A DNA stretch of 31,479 nucleotides from positions 1 to 31,479 of the IMG/VR virus record IMGVR_UViG_3300025127_000139. One strand, 5' to 3'. Numbering within the stretch: the first letter of the stretch is position 1; every line of letters begins with the position of its first letter. A program made the translations under genes and the position numbers. Positions 28,618 to 31,479 of the stretch are shown here, in pieces. The DNA is from a virus (taxonomy: Duplodnaviria > Caudoviricetes). The notes under the pieces were generated by a model, which saw only the letters and a list, made by a program, of their open reading frames with translations, was not told where the DNA came from and searched no databases.

Positions 28618-28831
28618 AACGGCAAATTTGAGCTATGTAACCACGAGAGATACCAAACATCATGGAAAGGCAACCATAGCCAATACCATAGTCTTCATGC
28701 AGTTCTCGCAATGCATCTACAATCACCTGAGTTATCTGAGGATTATGATTTGGATGATCTTCAGCGACTCGATGACCAGAATCTGAAACACCAACAACTT
28801 TAGTTTTGGTTCTAAATGCTGCTAGTGTCAT
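28565..28831 (-). CDS. Small HTH DNA-binding protein (88 aa)
   Basis: EDHPNH..IT..IVDALRELHEDYGIGYGCLSMMFGISRGYIAQICRYEKR resembles the C-terminal HTH of HNH-endonuclease-like proteins, without a nuclease domain. Confidence 0.65.
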   Translation of the reverse strand: MTLAAFRTKTKVVGVSDSGHRVAEDHPNHNPQITQVIVDALRELHEDYGIGYGCLSMMFGISRGYIAQICRYEKRVSYATRYKTIQVR

Positions 28832-28854
28832 AAAAAATAAATAAAATTAAACAT

Positions 28855-28883
28855 AATATAGAGAAATGTAGAGTAAATCGCAA
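28855..28883 (-). promoter_or_regulatory. Sigma70-type promoter for HTH-terS-terL
   Basis: Minus strand TTGCGA (28883..28878), 17 nt, TATATT (28860..28855). Confidence 0.6.
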
Positions 28884-29067
28884 TATCTGTAAGAAATCTA
28901 ATTTTTTTAATAAATTCGTTGTAATCAAATGTATTGCAATGGATTTGGGAGAAAATGTCAAAATCAAATGTGTTCATCAGGTAAACACTTTTTATAAATT
29001 TGTGTCCAACTAAAGGGTGTTTTCTGGTAAAGGGGTTTAAATCGACACAATCTTTTTTATTAATTTG

Positions 29068-29096
29068 TTGACATCTGTTGGATTATATGCAACACT
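29068..29096 (+). promoter_or_regulatory. Early sigma70-type promoter with overlapping operator O1 (29076..29094)
   Basis: TTGACA-N17-AACACT with TG at the extended -10 position; operator TGTTGGA-TTATA-TGCAACA. Confidence 0.7.
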
Positions 29097-29153
29097 ATAA
29101 GTATCGGATGTCTACCGATGCTTCCCTTACTAATTTCAATTAACAACAAGCAC

Positions 29154-29687
29154 ATGACACAAGCAACTACAGCAACTGAAAAAAGAGCATTCTTCAAATC
29201 ACACATTGATTGCATAACCGAAATGGTTAAGACAAATGCTGAGACATCATCTGAGTTTTACTACGAGTTCATGCAAGGTTGTGAGCCAACACCTGCTGAC
29301 TACGAAGCAGTATCTGAGCCACTATTCCAGACACTTAACGTTAGTCAAGGTCATAACGATTGGCAGAATGACTTCAAAGTCAGAGTAGGTTCACCTAGAT
29401 TACGCAAAGGTGTTTATGCACCAACAGGTGAGAAACGTGTTTACGATATGAATTGCATCTGGAATGTCAGTTTGCATTTATGTGACGGTAAGTATGTAGG
29501 AATCAATGCAGGTGCTTGCATACAAAGCAGCTACAGCAGAGAACAGAGAATGGCTAACCGCAGAATGTACAATCTTAGACCAATTGCACATGGTGACAAA
29601 GTTATTATCAACGGTGACTTTTACATAGCCAAAGTAAATGGCAATTACTCAAATTGCATTGAGTTTCACAAAGCAGAGGTCAACTAA
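29154..29687 (+). CDS. Hypothetical early protein (177 aa)
   Basis: Start moved from 29118 to 29154 (MTQATTATEK..) by alignment with the equal-length cassette upstream of 30943. Confidence 0.75.
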   Translation: MTQATTATEKRAFFKSHIDCITEMVKTNAETSSEFYYEFMQGCEPTPADYEAVSEPLFQTLNVSQGHNDWQNDFKVRVGSPRLRKGVYAPTGEKRVYDMNCIWNVSLHLCDGKYVGINAGACIQSSYSREQRMANRRMYNLRPIAHGDKVIINGDFYIAKVNGNYSNCIEFHKAEVN

Positions 29688-29700
29688 TGGCCTTTGCTTT
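29670..29700 (+). other. 13-bp RNA hairpin with the stop codon in its loop
   Basis: AAAGCAGAGGTCA-ACTAA-TGGCCTTTGCTTT, including two G-U pairs. Confidence 0.6.
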
Positions 29701-29738
29701 ATTCCCTTATTTACTTTTATTCTTAATCCTTATTTGAC

Positions 29739-30236
29739 ATGGACAAACATCAAATCAACTTACCCGAATCAGAATTCAAAATGCTAATCAAAGCATACGA
29801 AGACAGATTATGGAAACACATCAAACCGATACAAAGGTTTGAAACTGGCGTTGCAATCCTTGATTACATGGCATCTGAAAAAACTCTCAAACGGCATAAC
29901 ACAGTTTGGAAATGTGAACAAGTTAAATTTAAAAACAGGATGGCAGATTATCACAATTATGTAGATGATAAAGCTCCAGATCCATTAACTGGAATTGTTT
30001 ACACTAGAAAATTTAGAAATTCCAGTGTATTCCGTGAATGGTATTTAACTGAGATCAGACACAGTTACAACATGATCTATGCAAGGATTACGCAATTAGC
30101 ACAATTTATTGGATATGATTACAGCCATTTAAATGGGCAGCTTAACTTTACAGAATTAGAGCAAGCCAGTATAGATTGGTATTTAGAAAAAAATGCCAGA
30201 CCACCAGTTAACAGGATGTTCTTACCAACTAATTAG
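29739..30236 (+). CDS. Hypothetical early protein (165 aa)
   Basis: ORF track; preceded by a pyrimidine-rich leader; no family recognised. Confidence 0.75.
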   Translation: MDKHQINLPESEFKMLIKAYEDRLWKHIKPIQRFETGVAILDYMASEKTLKRHNTVWKCEQVKFKNRMADYHNYVDDKAPDPLTGIVYTRKFRNSSVFREWYLTEIRHSYNMIYARITQLAQFIGYDYSHLNGQLNFTELEQASIDWYLEKNARPPVNRMFLPTN

Positions 30237-30248
30237 GAGGAGTAAACA

Positions 30249-30401
30249 ATGAACAATCCAAAACTAAACGATGAGCAAATTGAAAACCTGACTCATTCTT
30301 TAAACTGTAATTTAAGAGATTACATAGAAATCAATACAGGTTTCACGCCAAGTAGAGAAGACATTATTAAATGCCTTGACTACGCATTACAAAATTTATA
30401 G
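30249..30401 (+). CDS. Hypothetical protein (50 aa)
   Basis: Hand-translated: MNNPKLNDEQIENLTHSLNCNLRDYIEINTGFTPSREDIIKCLDYALQNL; SD AGGAGG at 30235-30240. Confidence 0.7.
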   Translation: MNNPKLNDEQIENLTHSLNCNLRDYIEINTGFTPSREDIIKCLDYALQNL

Positions 30402-30426
30402 AGGGTGTAACAACCCTCTTTTTTTT
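30400..30426 (+). terminator. Intrinsic terminator
   Basis: AGAGGGT-GTAACA-ACCCTCT followed by a T run. Confidence 0.85.
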
Positions 30427-30436
30427 GCCTAATTAC

Positions 30437-30466
30437 TTGTATTAATGTTGCATTTATGGCAATATA
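30437..30466 (+). promoter_or_regulatory. Promoter of the cro-like gene with operator O2 (30446..30464)
   Basis: TTGTAT-N17-CAATAT; operator TGTTGCA-TTTAT-GGCAATA; ATG at 30472. Confidence 0.6.
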
Positions 30467-30471
30467 TAGAT

Positions 30472-30690
30472 ATGGAATCAACTATTAAAACACCAGTACA
30501 ATTAGCCATTGCTGAGTTCGGTGGTGTTCGAGCATTAGCTAGGGCAATACATCGTGACCCAGCATCAGTATCTAAATGGCAAAAGGGAGATGGTACTATA
30601 CCAACATCTATTCAGCGTAAGCTGCTTGAGACAGCATGGGATAGAGGTATACAGTTATCTGCTCACGAACTTATTTTTGGAAGAGAATGA
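30472..30690 (+). CDS. Cro-like HTH transcriptional regulator (72 aa)
   Basis: IAEFGGVRALARAIHRDPASVSKWQK..GTIP is a Cro-type HTH; start moved from 30445, which lies inside the promoter/operator. Confidence 0.8.
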   Translation: MESTIKTPVQLAIAEFGGVRALARAIHRDPASVSKWQKGDGTIPTSIQRKLLETAWDRGIQLSAHELIFGRE

Positions 30691-30848
30691 AGTGTTGGTG
30701 GTGCGACTCTGACCTTATATGGGGTGGCGATGTTGATATAGACGAATCATTGCCACAGTATGAAGAGTTTTCTGTAATGACTAATTTATCTTGCCCCAGA
30801 TGCTTTTCTGAGGTGGAAGTATTAAAGAAACGAGATGCCTTCGATTAA
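30687..30848 (+). CDS. Small zinc-ribbon protein (53 aa)
   Basis: Hand-translated: MKCWWCDSDLIWGGDVDIDESLPQYEEFSVMTNLSCPRCFSEVEVLKKRDAFD; two CxxC motifs; ATGA overlap with the cro-like gene. Confidence 0.8.
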   Translation: MKCWWCDSDLIWGGDVDIDESLPQYEEFSVMTNLSCPRCFSEVEVLKKRDAFD

Positions 30849-30856
30849 CGAGTTTC

Positions 30857-30885
30857 TTGACAACTGTTGCATTATGTGCAATACT
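30857..30885 (+). promoter_or_regulatory. Early sigma70-type promoter with operator O3 (30865..30883)
   Basis: TTGACA-N17-AATACT with TG at the extended -10 position; operator TGTTGCA-TTATG-TGCAATA. Confidence 0.75.
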
Positions 30886-30942
30886 TAATTACGAAGGTGT
30901 TATACCTTCAATTGTCCTTTACTAATTTCTATTAACAAAGAC

Positions 30943-31365
30943 ATGAAAGCAGGTCACTATTACGCATGGGCTGAAAAGTCATTTGCAATTCTCGAAAAGT
31001 TTCATACAAGAATGTTTGAACTTGGAGGAGAACAATCAAAACATTGGGATGATGATTTCAATTGTAGGCATCACGATCTCGAAAGAGCATTGGAAGATGA
31101 CAACTACGATAAAACTGGTTTTTGGTCACAAGGTGTATTTATGCATCTTCAACAAACAGACAGTTCTATAAAAGCTTGTGATCCACACATCAAAAAATTG
31201 CAAGCTCAGATTAAGCATTTACAAAAGCAGGTTAAACAGACCAAAGCTAGAAAGGAAAGTCTTAAGCAATATAGGCTTGATTACATAAAAGACCATGACA
31301 TGGACTACAAGACTATTGAGAACAGACTTTCTCAAGAGTTTCCTGAGTTTGTGGAGGGTGCATGA
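30943..31365 (+). CDS. Hypothetical early protein with a C-terminal coiled coil (140 aa)
   Basis: ORF track; heptad stretch IKKLQAQIKHLQKQVKQTKARKESL. Confidence 0.75.
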   Translation: MKAGHYYAWAEKSFAILEKFHTRMFELGGEQSKHWDDDFNCRHHDLERALEDDNYDKTGFWSQGVFMHLQQTDSSIKACDPHIKKLQAQIKHLQKQVKQTKARKESLKQYRLDYIKDHDMDYKTIENRLSQEFPEFVEGA

Positions 31366-31479
31366 CAGATACCCAGAAACTGGAAAGGTTGGCCTTCTTG
31401 GCTAACCTTCCTTATTGCGATCACACTTCGGACGATTGGGATGAAGAACTTAGACTCGAATGTGAATTACAAGACCACC
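31362..31479 (+). CDS. Hypothetical protein, truncated by the window edge
   Basis: Hand-translated: MTDTQKLERLAFLANLPYCDHTSDDWDEELRLECELQDH..; ATGA overlap and SD GGAGG. Confidence 0.65.
   Translation, partial: MTDTQKLERLAFLANLPYCDHTSDDWDEELRLECELQDH

Noticed and set aside
1382-28786. Many short plus-strand ORFs opposite the structural genes (e.g. 1382..1618, 7998..8384, 22863..23279, 27726..28070)
   Set aside because: Antisense shadows of well-supported minus-strand genes.
29068-30945. Early-region repeats as a CRISPR array or att sites
   Set aside because: Only two or three degenerate copies, hundreds of bases apart and separated by genes; no integrase or cas genes. They are better explained as promoters and operators.
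30983-31171. Nested 62-aa ORF within 30943..31365
   Set aside because: Non-ATG start, no initiation signal, and fully inside a better-supported gene.

Overview
The window is part of an AT-rich tailed-phage genome with a podovirus layout resembling Bordetella phage BPP-1. The tail and small-protein families suggest a marine, possibly picocyanobacterial, host; this is inferred from remembered motifs and no search was run. The minus strand (28831 to 1) carries the packaging and morphogenesis arm: HTH protein, terS, terL, a 2OG-Fe(II) hydroxylase, a GNAT, a small ejection protein, portal, three small proteins, scaffold, major capsid, cement, tail tube A and B, three internal virion proteins, a tail fibre, and three tandem [receptor-binding protein + small partner] cassettes. 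The plus strand (29154 to the end) begins a divergent early region with a Cro-like HTH gene. Five things stand out. (1) A 2861-aa ejection protein carries two ADP-ribosyltransferase-like domains, an HhH/glycosylase-like domain and a HExxH zincin, with a recurring [FY]-[NEQ]-Q motif at the domain junctions. (2) Four copies of an unusual late promoter, RGYGTRACCGTA-N17-TAnnnT, head the structural blocks. (3) Three 19-bp palindromic operators and two equal-length promoter-hairpin-leader cassettes control the early region. (4) The scaffold and three neighbouring small proteins share an A-x-x-[LM]-Y-[GSP] motif at or near the C-terminus. (5) Near-identical DNA blocks bracket the variable parts of the tail cassettes. 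No tRNA, rRNA, CRISPR array, integrase, reverse transcriptase, RNA polymerase or lysis gene was recognised.
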